Shown: positions 19,046 to 27,850 of the stretch, one piece after another | How positions within the stretch are numbered: the first letter of the stretch is position 1 | Layout: each line of letters opens with the position of its first letter | Source of the DNA: an uncultured Pseudomonadales bacterium | GTDB lineage: Bacteria; Patescibacteriota; Microgenomatia; UBA1400; CAYNMC01 | Assembly (NCBI GenBank): GCA_964414895.1 | Contig: CAYPXO010000002.1 | Span: 35,211-99,210, forward strand | Direction of reading: 5' to 3' | Length of the DNA stretch: 64,000 nucleotides | The notes under the pieces: model-generated | What the model was told of the DNA's origin: nothing | The model's database searches: none | The model's input: only the letters and a program-made list of their open reading frames with translations | Position numbers and translations under genes: made by a program

Positions 19046-20245
19046 TCATAAATTTCTTAAGGCCTTCTTGACTGCTTTGTGTTCTGACCAAGGATGTTCT
19101 TTTTCCCCAAAACACATTGACTGTTCGTGGCCCTTGCCAAAAAGAGTAACAATATCTCCTTTTTTAGCAAGCTTCCTAATAGCAAAATTTATTGCTTTTT
19201 GTCTATCTGCAATTTTACAAAGCTTTCTTTTATTTTTACATCCTGAAGCTATTTCTTCAATAATTTCCTTGACATTCTCAGTCCGTGGGTCCTCGGCCGT
19301 CAAAACCACCTTATCAGCCAATCGGCAAGCAATTTTCCCCATTGCTGGTCTTTTATAATGATCGCGCAAGCCAGCGCAACCAAAAATGGCAATTAACTTC
19401 CGATGAGAAAAAGTTCTTAAAGTTTTCAGAGCGTTCTTTAAAGCGTTAGGGGTATGAGCAAAATCAATAATCACCTTAAAATTCTTATCATAAACTTTCT
19501 CCATTCTTCCCTTAACTCCTTTGAATTGAGCAATAACCTTTCTAACAACAGGTTCTTTTACTTTAAGAATTTTAGCAACACTAATAGCGGCTAAACAATT
19601 AAGTCTGTTGTATTCTCCTGGCAAAGAAGTCTTAAAAGGAAACTTTTTTAAATTAAGATCACCTTTTTTTAAACCATAAGTAATAACTTTTCCCTTAGCG
19701 ATTTTTTTTAAATAGCCAAAAGACTTGTCTTCAATGTTTAAAACAGCAAACTTTGTCTTTTGAAATAATCGAGCCTTGGCTGACAAATAGTCTTGCCAAT
19801 TTCCATGATAATCTAAATGCTCGTCAGTCACATTTGTAACCACTCCTATATTAAAATTAACCCCAAGGAGACGGTGTTGATCCAAGCCATGGGAAGTTGT
19901 TTCTAAAATTATAAACTTAAATTTCCTATCGGCAATGCGGCGCAAAAGCTTCTGCAACTTACAAGAGTCTGGAGTAGTCACATGCAAGCCGGTGTCTAAA
20001 ACCTCCTCTCCAATTTTGGCACAAACACTGGTTATCAAAGCTACTCTTTTCCCTGCTTTTTTGAGAATTTCATAAATTAAAGTAGAAGTTGTTGTTTTCC
20101 CGTCTGTGCCAGTAACGCCAATAACAACCAAATTCTTAGCCGGATAGCGATAAAAAACAACCGCCAGAATAGAAATAGGGAGATGGTAAAAAGTATTAAC
20201 AAGCCAGTGAGGGATAAAATTTCGCAGAGTTTGTAAGAAAGACAT
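19046..20245 (-). CDS. murE: Mur ligase (MurE-like; MurD not excluded) lacking the usual N-terminal domain
   Basis: GVTGTDGKTTTSTL P-loop near the N-terminus, NVTDEHLDYHG and Y..AKARLF motifs; position between ftsI and murF/mraY. Confidence 0.65.
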   Translation of the reverse strand: MSFLQTLRNFIPHWLVNTFYHLPISILAVVFYRYPAKNLVVIGVTGTDGKTTTSTLIYEILKKAGKRVALITSVCAKIGEEVLDTGLHVTTPDSCKLQKLLRRIADRKFKFIILETTSHGLDQHRLLGVNFNIGVVTNVTDEHLDYHGNWQDYLSAKARLFQKTKFAVLNIEDKSFGYLKKIAKGKVITYGLKKGDLNLKKFPFKTSLPGEYNRLNCLAAISVAKILKVKEPVVRKVIAQFKGVKGRMEKVYDKNFKVIIDFAHTPNALKNALKTLRTFSHRKLIAIFGCAGLRDHYKRPAMGKIACRLADKVVLTAEDPRTENVKEIIEEIASGCKNKRKLCKIADRQKAINFAIRKLAKKGDIVTLFGKGHEQSMCFGEKEHPWSEHKAVKKALRNL

Positions 20246-20287
20246 ATCTAATTTAGAAATTAGTCTATGGGCTTGGGTATAGAAACT

Positions 20288-20313
20288 TGTTTGCCTGCCT
20301 GCCGGCAGGCAAA
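20288..20313. repeat. Isolated perfect GC palindrome GTTTGCCTGCCTGCCGGCAGGCAAAC (class II core) between ftsI and the Mur ligase
   Basis: 26-bp perfect hairpin sharing the GCCTGCCGGCAGGC core. Confidence 0.7.
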
Positions 20314-20344
20314 CCTAAACCCATTTTCTGATTAACTTATTATA

Positions 20345-22087
20345 TCATTCTGGCGGAATCCCATAATAAAAGAAAAGTTTCTCTGCAATTTTAAAAAAAA
20401 GCGGGGCGGCTGTTTCTGAACCCCAAGGAGAACTAGTCGGTTCTCTAAGATAGGTAAGCATTACAAACCTCGGCTTATCTGCCGGGGCAAAGCCGATAAA
20501 AGAAGCAATCGTTTTTTCTTTATCATAATGTCCGGCTACCGGAATTTGCGCTGTTCCTGTTTTTCCGGCTATCTTGTAACCGTCAAGCTTTGTCCATTTA
20601 ACTTCTCCCTCCTCTACTGCATTAACCATCATTTCTGTTATTTCCCGAGTCGCCTTCTCTTTTAAAACTCTAGTTATAATCTTTGGTTTTATCTCTAAAC
20701 TCTTTTTCTCTCCTTCTATTTTCGCTACAACATGTGGCTCCGGTAAGCTACCTCCGTTAGCAATTGCCGCCACCGCCCTAACCATTTGAATGCCAGTTAC
20801 TGCCAAGCCTTGCCCAAAAGAAGCAGTTGCTAAATCTACGTTGCTCCATTGCTTTTTGTCTTTAAGAGAAACATTTCCTTCCTCTTGAAGGTCAATCCCG
20901 GTTTTCTTGCCAACTCCCAACCTTTCTAGGTATTCTGCCAATTTATCTTTACCTAACTTCTGACCTACAAAAACCATCCCAACATTATCAGAATTTTTTA
21001 TAACCTCGCGCATCGTTTGATTGGGATAATACTCATCATTCCAAGTTTTTATAATATATTTATCAATTTTAAAAGGTTTTTCACAAATAGCGCATTTTGT
21101 CTCTGGCGTAATAACCTCTTGGTCTAAAGCCGCTGCCATCACCAAAACCTTAAAAGTAGAACCCGGTTCATAGCTTTCGGCAATACAAGGATTTTTATAC
21201 ACTTCTTTGGAATAATCTGAAAACCTGGCCTGCTCATATCTTGGATAAGCAGCCATTGAAAGAACTGCCCCGCTATAAGGTTCTATAACAACTACCCAGC
21301 CGGATTTCGCTTTGTATTTCTCAACTGCTTTCTCTAACTCTTTCTCTACTGAAAGTTGAAAAGAGCGGTCTAGGTGTAAAATTAAGTTCTTACCATCTTT
21401 TTTTTCTTCTTTGTTAAAAAATCCCGTTAAAATTGGATCGTTGGAAACATCCTTTTCTTGAACTAAAACTCCTTGCTGCCCTTCAAGTTCAAAATTGTAA
21501 AAACCTTCAATTCCAAAATAACCAGTTTGTTCGCCGGCAAAATTAGCACCAACAAAACCGGTTAGATGAGCAGCCATCGAAGCCTCTGGGTAAAATCTAA
21601 GCATCTCCTGCTCAAAACCCAATCCCTCAATTTCTAAATTTTCTATTTGTTCCTTCTGGACCAAAGAAAGCTTTTTTTGTAAAGGAACCCACAATTTCTC
21701 TTCTGGCTCAAGAAGAGCTTTTAATTTTTCACTGTTTTCGTCTAGTATTTCCTCTTTTTTTTTAGCAGAAGAGGTTGCTTCAATTTGAGGTGCGGCTATA
21801 ATTGGAGTTAAACTCTTGACTATCTTTTTCTTTTCTTCCTCTTTTATCTTTTTCAAGTTAGCAAAAAGTAAATAAGATTCCTTGCTGGAAACCAAAGGGA
21901 AGCCATCAGCCGTCAAGATCTCACCCCTAACAGGATTAATTTTCTTAATTTTCTCCCATTGGTCTGATCCTAAAATGGCCAACTCTTCCGCTTTAATTAC
22001 CTGCCAATAAAAAAGCCTAACAATTATTAGGCCTGTAAAAAAAATAAAAAGAAAAACTAAGACAGACAATCGCCTTTCGATATCCAT
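20345..22087 (-). CDS. ftsI: Penicillin-binding protein transpeptidase FtsI (class B PBP)
   Basis: N-terminal TM; STFK (SxxK), SDN and KTGTA active-site motifs. Confidence 0.85.
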   Translation of the reverse strand: MDIERRLSVLVFLFIFFTGLIIVRLFYWQVIKAEELAILGSDQWEKIKKINPVRGEILTADGFPLVSSKESYLLFANLKKIKEEEKKKIVKSLTPIIAAPQIEATSSAKKKEEILDENSEKLKALLEPEEKLWVPLQKKLSLVQKEQIENLEIEGLGFEQEMLRFYPEASMAAHLTGFVGANFAGEQTGYFGIEGFYNFELEGQQGVLVQEKDVSNDPILTGFFNKEEKKDGKNLILHLDRSFQLSVEKELEKAVEKYKAKSGWVVVIEPYSGAVLSMAAYPRYEQARFSDYSKEVYKNPCIAESYEPGSTFKVLVMAAALDQEVITPETKCAICEKPFKIDKYIIKTWNDEYYPNQTMREVIKNSDNVGMVFVGQKLGKDKLAEYLERLGVGKKTGIDLQEEGNVSLKDKKQWSNVDLATASFGQGLAVTGIQMVRAVAAIANGGSLPEPHVVAKIEGEKKSLEIKPKIITRVLKEKATREITEMMVNAVEEGEVKWTKLDGYKIAGKTGTAQIPVAGHYDKEKTIASFIGFAPADKPRFVMLTYLREPTSSPWGSETAAPLFFKIAEKLFFYYGIPPE

Positions 22088-22088
22088 T

Positions 22089-22370
22089 TTAGAATTTCAA
22101 AGCAATTCCTTTTTGGTCTGGCAGATAAACAACAGAAGGATTTTTGCTAAAACCAAGTTGTTTTGCTTTTTCTTCCAGTTCTAGTAAGCTACTACAAGAA
22201 GCAATCTGATTACTAAGTCTTCTGTTTTCCATTTTTAAAACTTCAGCCTCTTTTTCCATCTTTTGTAAAACCTCTCCCGAAGTTGCCAATTTGTTGGCAA
22301 AAATAATTTGCAACAAAGCCAAAACAGCTACAATCACAACCAAAAATAAATGGTAAGAAATTTTTTTCAT
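22089..22370 (-). CDS. ftsL: FtsL-like small bitopic division protein
   Basis: 93 aa, one TM then a coiled-coil; located between rsmH and ftsI. Confidence 0.5.
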   Translation of the reverse strand: MKKISYHLFLVVIVAVLALLQIIFANKLATSGEVLQKMEKEAEVLKMENRRLSNQIASCSSLLELEEKAKQLGFSKNPSVVYLPDQKGIALKF

Positions 22371-23125
22371 AATTTTTTTATCGCCCGCAGTTTAGCACTC
22401 CGCGCTCTAGGATTTACTTTTAGTTCTCTATCATCAGGCACAATTGGCTTTTTGGTTAACACTTGGAACAAAGCTTCTCTATCTTTCTCTTTAAAAAATT
22501 TCTTAACGATTTTGTCTTCTAACCCATGAAAGCTGATCACTACCAATTTTCCTTTTTTCTCTAAAATTTCCAAGGCTTCAGGCAATGCCTTTCTCAAATT
22601 GTTCAACTCATCATTAACAGCAATTCTCAAAGCCTGAAAAATCTTTGTTGCTGGATGGATTTTTCTCCTTCCTTTCTGTTGACAATAAACTTTCTCCACA
22701 ATTTTAGCTAGCTGCCCGGTAGTTTCAATTGGCTTTTCTCTACGGGTCCGATTAATAGCACGAGCAATTGCCAAAGAATACTTTTCTTCACCCAGCTTAG
22801 AAAAAAGTTCATAAAGCTCTTTCTGCCCCAACGCTGCAATCAGGTCGGCGGCACTCACTTTTAAATTCTCATCCATCCGCATATCCAAAAGCTCATCTTT
22901 CTGGAAAGAAAACCCTCTGCCTTTGGATTGCAGCTGGTGATGAGAGGTTCCTAGATCAAAAAGAATTCCGGCAGGACGAGCAATTCCCTGGCTTTGCCAA
23001 ACACTTTTCAAATTGGCAAAATTGGCCTTTACCAGCTTGAAAGCGTTTGTAGGGCAGGCGTGTTTCTGACAAAAAACCGCCAAACGCTTTTTGGCAAAAT
23101 CTACTGCCTCAGAATCGCAGTCCAA
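22367..23125 (-). CDS. rsmH: 16S rRNA m4C1402 methyltransferase RsmH (canonical start missing; the conserved N-terminus is encoded in frame up to 23284)
   Basis: GILFDLGTSHHQL...RGFSF...LDMRMD motifs. Upstream in frame, IISEDFSQFHQPALLKEAISYL...IDVTIGSAGHA has no ATG/GTG; the frame is closed by a TGA inside the class I element end. Confidence 0.8.
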   Translation of the reverse strand: MDCDSEAVDFAKKRLAVFCQKHACPTNAFKLVKANFANLKSVWQSQGIARPAGILFDLGTSHHQLQSKGRGFSFQKDELLDMRMDENLKVSAADLIAALGQKELYELFSKLGEEKYSLAIARAINRTRREKPIETTGQLAKIVEKVYCQQKGRRKIHPATKIFQALRIAVNDELNNLRKALPEALEILEKKGKLVVISFHGLEDKIVKKFFKEKDREALFQVLTKKPIVPDDRELKVNPRARSAKLRAIKKL

Positions 23126-23288
23126 TCCGAAAACTCTTCCTCCCTTTAATAAAATTTCTAAAGCGTGGCCGGCACTGCCAATAGTGACATCAATGTAAAG
23201 CCAGCCAGGCTTAACACTTAGGTAACTTATTGCTTCTTTTAAAAGAGCAGGCTGATGGAACTGGCTAAAATCTTCGGAAATTATTCAT

Positions 23289-23362
23289 TGTCATTCCTGG
23301 CTCGACCAGGAATCTATACAAATAATTACTGTTATAGATTCCGCATCAAGTGCGGAATGACA
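23289..23362. repeat. Class I nested-palindrome (REPIN-like) element, copy B (mraZ-rsmH spacer)
   Basis: TGTCATTCCTGGctcgaCCAGGAATCTATACAaataattacTGTTATAGATTCCGCAtcaagTGCGGAATGACA. Confidence 0.75.
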
Positions 23363-23374
23363 AGGAAAAACAAC

Positions 23375-23812
23375 TCATATTCTGATTTCAAGATTATTTA
23401 ATCTTTCGGCAATCTCATCAGAAGTCTTTTCAATTTTTGACTGATACTCCTCAAACTTATCTTTTGCCCAAATTTCTATGCGATCAAGACTGCCGGCCAC
23501 AACTGCTTGCTTCTTTAAGTAAGCAAACTTTTTAAGGACTTCCGGCAGGAGAATTCTTCCCTGACTGTCGAACTCAACTGCAAAAGCCTCATAGGTCAAA
23601 AGTCTTGTAAAAGCGCGAGCGTCCAAGCTTGTTAGAGGGGTTTGGCGCAATTTTTTAGCAATTTCTTGCCAGCGAGTTTTAGGAAAGAGAAACAAACAAC
23701 CATCCAAACCCCTAGTCAAAATCCCTTCTTTTCCTAAAGTTCCTCTGAATTTTTTGGGAATCGCCAGCCTTCCTTTGGCTTCTAAATTCCTCTCGTATAA
23801 CCCGATAAACAT
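23375..23812 (-). CDS. mraZ: Transcriptional regulator MraZ
   Basis: MFIGLYERNLEAKGRLAIPKKFR, a duplicated MraZ/SpoVT-AbrB-type fold; start set at MFIG rather than the track ATG at 23851. Confidence 0.85.
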   Translation of the reverse strand: MFIGLYERNLEAKGRLAIPKKFRGTLGKEGILTRGLDGCLFLFPKTRWQEIAKKLRQTPLTSLDARAFTRLLTYEAFAVEFDSQGRILLPEVLKKFAYLKKQAVVAGSLDRIEIWAKDKFEEYQSKIEKTSDEIAERLNNLEIRI

Positions 23813-23834
23813 ACTCTTTGCTCTATTATTATTA

Positions 23835-23854
23835 TCACCACTTTTCACCACTAA
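23835..23854 (-). promoter_or_regulatory. Candidate MraZ operator: direct repeats AGTGGTGA x2 at 10-bp spacing, with a degenerate third repeat upstream
   Basis: Minus strand TTAGTGGTGAAAAGTGGTGATAA sits between the -10 element and the mraZ ATG. The GTGG-type, 10-bp periodic repeats resemble described MraZ boxes. Confidence 0.45.
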
Positions 23855-23857
23855 TAA

Positions 23858-23890
23858 ACATTTTTATATACTCAACTCATGCTTGTCAAG
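23858..23890 (-). promoter_or_regulatory. Sigma70-like promoter of the dcw cluster (Pmra)
   Basis: Minus strand CCTCTTGACAagcatgagttgagtaTATAAAAAT: a perfect -35 TTGACA and an AT-rich -10 at 15-17 bp. Confidence 0.55.
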
Positions 23891-23899
23891 AGGGAAAAA

Positions 23900-23940
23900 T
23901 CAACAAAAAAACACTCTAATGATTCGAATCATTAGAGTGT
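23900..23940 (-). terminator. Rho-independent terminator of the upstream GDH-like gene
   Basis: Perfect 30-bp palindrome ACACTCTAATGATTCGAATCATTAGAGTGT, followed on the minus strand by TTTTTTTGTTGATTTTT. Confidence 0.65.
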
Positions 23941-24066
23941 TAAAGAAATTAATCTCTTCCTAAAACTATTCTCCCCAACCTGGATTTCCCCAACCAGTTC
24001 GAGCAGGAGAAGAGAGAGTCTTTCTGTTTTTTCTAGAGAGTTAGTTTTTTTAAATTTTTGATATTC

Positions 24067-25608
24067 TTACCTCATCCACTTCCTTACATATCTCTCCATC
24101 GCCATATAATAGAAAGCGTCAGCCAAAGAATCAACAATTCCTTTTTTAACCAACTTATTCATTTCTTCAAAATTACTCCTTAGGCAATGGGCTATATATT
24201 TTTCTGATTTTTTTTTGTTAACAGCAAAGTTGCCAACATTGCCGGCCCATTCAATCAGTGAACCAATCACTCCGCCGGAATTGGCAAAAGAGCCGGTTAA
24301 ATGATCAATTTTTCTTTTAGGCAATTGCATTTCTGCCTTGGGAGTAACCGGACCGTTGGCTCCATCAACAACCAAACTCCCTTCCGGTAAAAAACAAACA
24401 TTCTTGTTGTTTATAATCATTGCGTCTGAAGAGACAAAAAGGACATTCATTCCTGAGTCCTGCCATAAACGAACTTTACCCTTATCTAAATCCTCCCTCT
24501 TTTCAGCTATGGCTTTTACTCCTTTTTTCCCTCTGGCCCATTGGGCTAAACTACCCCGTTTTGCCTTAATTCTTCCTATTTCCTGCAAGTCTCTTGGCTT
24601 AAAACCTTCCTTTACCATAATTACTGATCTACTATCCGTCATCCCGACTACTTTAATTCCATAATTAACCAAAAAGGTTGCCGCTGGTCGCGCGGCATTA
24701 CCAGCCCCATCAAAAACAACTATTAAATCTTTCAGCTTTTTCCCTTTGGTCTTTGCCCAGGCTTTCAAGGCTTCTACTGTGCCAAAACCGGTCGCTGTTG
24801 CCCGAGCCGGATTGCCAAGATACCTATCATCGGATGTTTTCCCGGTAAGGACAGCAACCACTAAGTTCCTTTTCATCTTCACCCCTAAATTCTTTATCGC
24901 CTTTTGGTAGCCGTCAACAAAACCATCCAAAACAGAACTGCCCTTAACTTTCCCTGTTGTACCAATATCACCGGCCGGCACATCCCTGTCCCAGCCAACT
25001 ATCTGCAAAAGCCCGAGTTTATAGCCAAAAACCTCCAAAGCCCTTTTTACAAACTGGTTATGATCAGGTAAGTGTAAAGACCGAGGAGCAATAATGACTC
25101 CTTTAGAACCGCCAACAATATCCAAATCTTTAAGAGATCTCCTTTTTTTAATAAGCCCCCCTTCTTCTAAAACCCGTTTACGAAAATTAGTCCCTGAATT
25201 TTTAGCGAGCATCTCTAGTCCTAAAGCCATTACATCATCCAAGGCAGACTGGCGGGCTTTCTTCTCATCAGCAATACTTATTATCCTGCCTTGAGTTTCT
25301 TCTTCAACAGACAAAAATCTTATCCCTCCCTTAACAATTTCTCCTTTCTTGTGCAACTTGCCGTTATCAAACCAAGCTCTCATACCTAAACAAATATAAA
25401 TCTTTCCTTTAAACTCCACTGGCAAAATTACTTCTACTGTTCTTGAAGGATGAAGAATCTGATAAACAACAAAGCGATCAATATCTAAACTGGTAGTGCT
25501 CTCAAGTTGGCCTAAAGCTCGTAAAACCCGCCACTGAGCGCCAGCCATAAAGCTTTTCTCACCCTGTTCGGCTAAACTTTTTAAACTTTTTTGAAAGTCT
25601 ATAGTCAT
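24067..25608 (-). CDS. Divergent Glu/Leu/Phe/Val dehydrogenase-family protein
   Basis: KGEIVKGGIRF and DIVGGSKGVI resemble the GDH-family KGGxRF / GGxKGG motifs; the Rossmann region is divergent. Confidence 0.45.
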   Translation of the reverse strand: MTIDFQKSLKSLAEQGEKSFMAGAQWRVLRALGQLESTTSLDIDRFVVYQILHPSRTVEVILPVEFKGKIYICLGMRAWFDNGKLHKKGEIVKGGIRFLSVEEETQGRIISIADEKKARQSALDDVMALGLEMLAKNSGTNFRKRVLEEGGLIKKRRSLKDLDIVGGSKGVIIAPRSLHLPDHNQFVKRALEVFGYKLGLLQIVGWDRDVPAGDIGTTGKVKGSSVLDGFVDGYQKAIKNLGVKMKRNLVVAVLTGKTSDDRYLGNPARATATGFGTVEALKAWAKTKGKKLKDLIVVFDGAGNAARPAATFLVNYGIKVVGMTDSRSVIMVKEGFKPRDLQEIGRIKAKRGSLAQWARGKKGVKAIAEKREDLDKGKVRLWQDSGMNVLFVSSDAMIINNKNVCFLPEGSLVVDGANGPVTPKAEMQLPKRKIDHLTGSFANSGGVIGSLIEWAGNVGNFAVNKKKSEKYIAHCLRSNFEEMNKLVKKGIVDSLADAFYYMAMERYVRKWMR

Positions 25609-25642
25609 TTTTTATCCTTTAAAAGAATTGCGAAAGTGCTCT

Positions 25643-26470
25643 TTACTTCTCCACTAAAACAAAAGCTCCCAAACTGTCAACCTCTGCCGAGGCCTTGCCT
25701 CCACTGACCTCTGTTTCATATTCCTGCCAACTATCACCGTTCCATCTTAACACAACAACCCCTTCCTTTTCTACTCCTTTAAAGATCAAAGCAGCATTGG
25801 CAAGACTTCTTGGTCCGTCAGCATAAAAACCATAAGGACCGGCTATAATCTCCCCTTCGGGAATCTCCGGTAAGCCCAAAGTAGAAGCAATAACCAAGTA
25901 ATCATCGCTTTCTAAATCGCTACTGCCGACTTCAAGGCTAACTTTTTCGTCAGGACTGGTAAACAATCCTTCTACTTCTGTTTTGTTTTGCAGATTAAAG
26001 TCAGTTTTCAAAGCGGCTTCTTCTCCATTGAAAAATTGAAAAGTAAACTTCCCTTCGTAAACTCCCTCATCATACTTATATTTACCTTTAGAGGCTGACC
26101 CAAAAGCAATCTCTTTGGAAACTGGCGGTTTTTCTTTGGTAAAATCTATTCTTCCCATCCCTCCCTGGATCATCGAACCAGTCGTATATTCAAACTCATA
26201 CTCTACTTCCTCAAAACCCCCAATTTTGTCAATAGTCACCGTTACCCAATGACCTAAGCTCTTTGGCTCAATATTGCTCTTTGGCTCAAGGATAATATAA
26301 GGCCTTTTTTCTAACTCTAGGGTATTTACCTGCAAGATTTTTCTTTCTGTTAAAGGCTTTGTTGAAATCATGGAAGAATCCTCAGAAGAAAAAGGTTTAA
26401 AAAACCATAAAATAAAGGCAACCGCCAAAGAAATCAATCCTAAAATAATAAAAATAATTTTTTTATTCAT
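25643..26470 (-). CDS. Hypothetical secreted/membrane-anchored protein
   Basis: N-terminal signal/TM MNKKIIFIILGLISLAVAFILWFF; no recognisable domain. Confidence 0.4.
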   Translation of the reverse strand: MNKKIIFIILGLISLAVAFILWFFKPFSSEDSSMISTKPLTERKILQVNTLELEKRPYIILEPKSNIEPKSLGHWVTVTIDKIGGFEEVEYEFEYTTGSMIQGGMGRIDFTKEKPPVSKEIAFGSASKGKYKYDEGVYEGKFTFQFFNGEEAALKTDFNLQNKTEVEGLFTSPDEKVSLEVGSSDLESDDYLVIASTLGLPEIPEGEIIAGPYGFYADGPRSLANAALIFKGVEKEGVVVLRWNGDSWQEYETEVSGGKASAEVDSLGAFVLVEK

Positions 26471-27755
26471 TTATCAATTTTTCTTTAAAATAGTTTTCCA
26501 ATCTTTTTACTTTCATTCTCTTTTGTTTCGTTGTATCTCTGTCTCTCACTGTTACTGTCTCATCCTCCAAGGTTTGAAAATCAACGGTCACACACCAGGG
26601 GGTACCAATTTCATCCTGAGAATAATAGCGCTTGCCAATGTTGCCTCTATCATCCCAAACAACTACAAAAGACTTTCTCAAGCTATTATAAATTATCCTT
26701 GCCTTTTTTACCAAAGTCGGCTTGTTAGCCAGCAAAGGAAAAACCGCTACTTTAAAAGGAGCTATCTTAGGCTTTAGCTGTAAAACTACCCTTTTATCCT
26801 CTTGTTTATAAGCCTGGCATAAAAGAGCCAAAAATAATCTTTCTACTCCCACTGAAGGCTCAATTACAAAAGGATAAAACTCTTTTCCTTTCTCATCTTT
26901 AAAGCTTAAATTTTTCCCTGAAAACTTAGAGTGGTTTTTAAGATCAAAGTCTGTTCTACTAGCAATACCTTCCAGTTCACCCCAACCAAAAGGATAACGG
27001 TACTCAATGTCAACGGTCCTTTTGGAATAATGAGCCAAGCTTTCTTTCGGGTGATCAAAGCGCCGCAAGTTTTCTTTTTTAAGACCTAAGTTCAAATGCC
27101 AAGCCTCTCTTTTCTTAAGCCAGTAATCAAACCATCTCTCATCCTCGCCAGGATTAACAAAAAATTCCAACTCCATCATCTCTATTTCTCTATCTCTAAA
27201 AATAAAATTGCCGGTAGTAATTTCATTGCGAAAACCTTTACCGATCTGGGCAATTCCAAAAGGAAGGTGCGTCCGCATCGTATCAACTACATTGGCAAAG
27301 TTAATAAAAATCCCCTGGCAAGTCTCCGGACGAAGATAAGCCTGATGAGCAGTATCCTCTGCCGGACCAACAAAAGTCTTAAACATTAGGTTAAATTGCT
27401 TAACTTCCGTAAGTTCACCTCCACACTGAGGACATTTGTCATCCGTCAGATGGTCAGCGCGAAACCGTTGATGACACTTTTTACATTCCCGCAAAGGATC
27501 AGTAAAAGAAAGGCTGTGACCGGAAGCTCTCCATACCTTAGGATTATGAATTACTGTCGAGTCCAAGCCATAAACATCATCTCTTTCTTCTACCATTTCT
27601 CTCCACCAAAGATCTTTAATATTTTTTCTCATCAACACTCCCAAAGGCCCAAAGTCCCAAAAACCACCAATCCCTCCATAGATTTCCGAGCCCGGGAAAA
27701 CAAACCCTCTTCTTTTGCAAAGAGAAACAATTTTCTCCATAAGTTTATTTGTCAT
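26463..27755 (-). CDS. glyQS: Glycine--tRNA ligase (alpha2 dimeric type)
   Basis: Class II motifs plus a Zn-finger-like CKKCHQRF...CPQCGG insertion; C-terminal anticodon-binding domain. Confidence 0.9.
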   Translation of the reverse strand: MTNKLMEKIVSLCKRRGFVFPGSEIYGGIGGFWDFGPLGVLMRKNIKDLWWREMVEERDDVYGLDSTVIHNPKVWRASGHSLSFTDPLRECKKCHQRFRADHLTDDKCPQCGGELTEVKQFNLMFKTFVGPAEDTAHQAYLRPETCQGIFINFANVVDTMRTHLPFGIAQIGKGFRNEITTGNFIFRDREIEMMELEFFVNPGEDERWFDYWLKKREAWHLNLGLKKENLRRFDHPKESLAHYSKRTVDIEYRYPFGWGELEGIASRTDFDLKNHSKFSGKNLSFKDEKGKEFYPFVIEPSVGVERLFLALLCQAYKQEDKRVVLQLKPKIAPFKVAVFPLLANKPTLVKKARIIYNSLRKSFVVVWDDRGNIGKRYYSQDEIGTPWCVTVDFQTLEDETVTVRDRDTTKQKRMKVKRLENYFKEKLINE

Positions 27756-27814
27756 TTTTTACAATTTTACCAAATAACTTAATAATATTAAACAAAAAAC
27801 AAGCTTTTGTTTTT

Positions 27815-27850
27815 ACAATAAACGACTTGCGGGTGCAAGTCATTTATTGT
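27815..27850 (-). terminator. Near-perfect 16-bp-arm hairpin overlapping the recO stop (possible terminator/attenuator)
   Basis: ACAATAAACGACTTGCgggtGCAAGTCATTTATTGT; the downstream T-run is not immediately adjacent. Confidence 0.3.

Noticed and set aside
22367-23290. Possibility that TGA is a sense codon (genetic code 25), which would rescue the rsmH and GT2 N-termini
   Set aside because: TGA is clearly used as a stop throughout the window (for example at the 3' end of recO and many other genes), and all other genes are full length under the standard code.
27756-27839. T-box riboswitch upstream of glyQS
   Set aside because: The leader is only about 84 nt, far too short for a T-box; it contains only a single terminator-like hairpin belonging to the recO 3' end.
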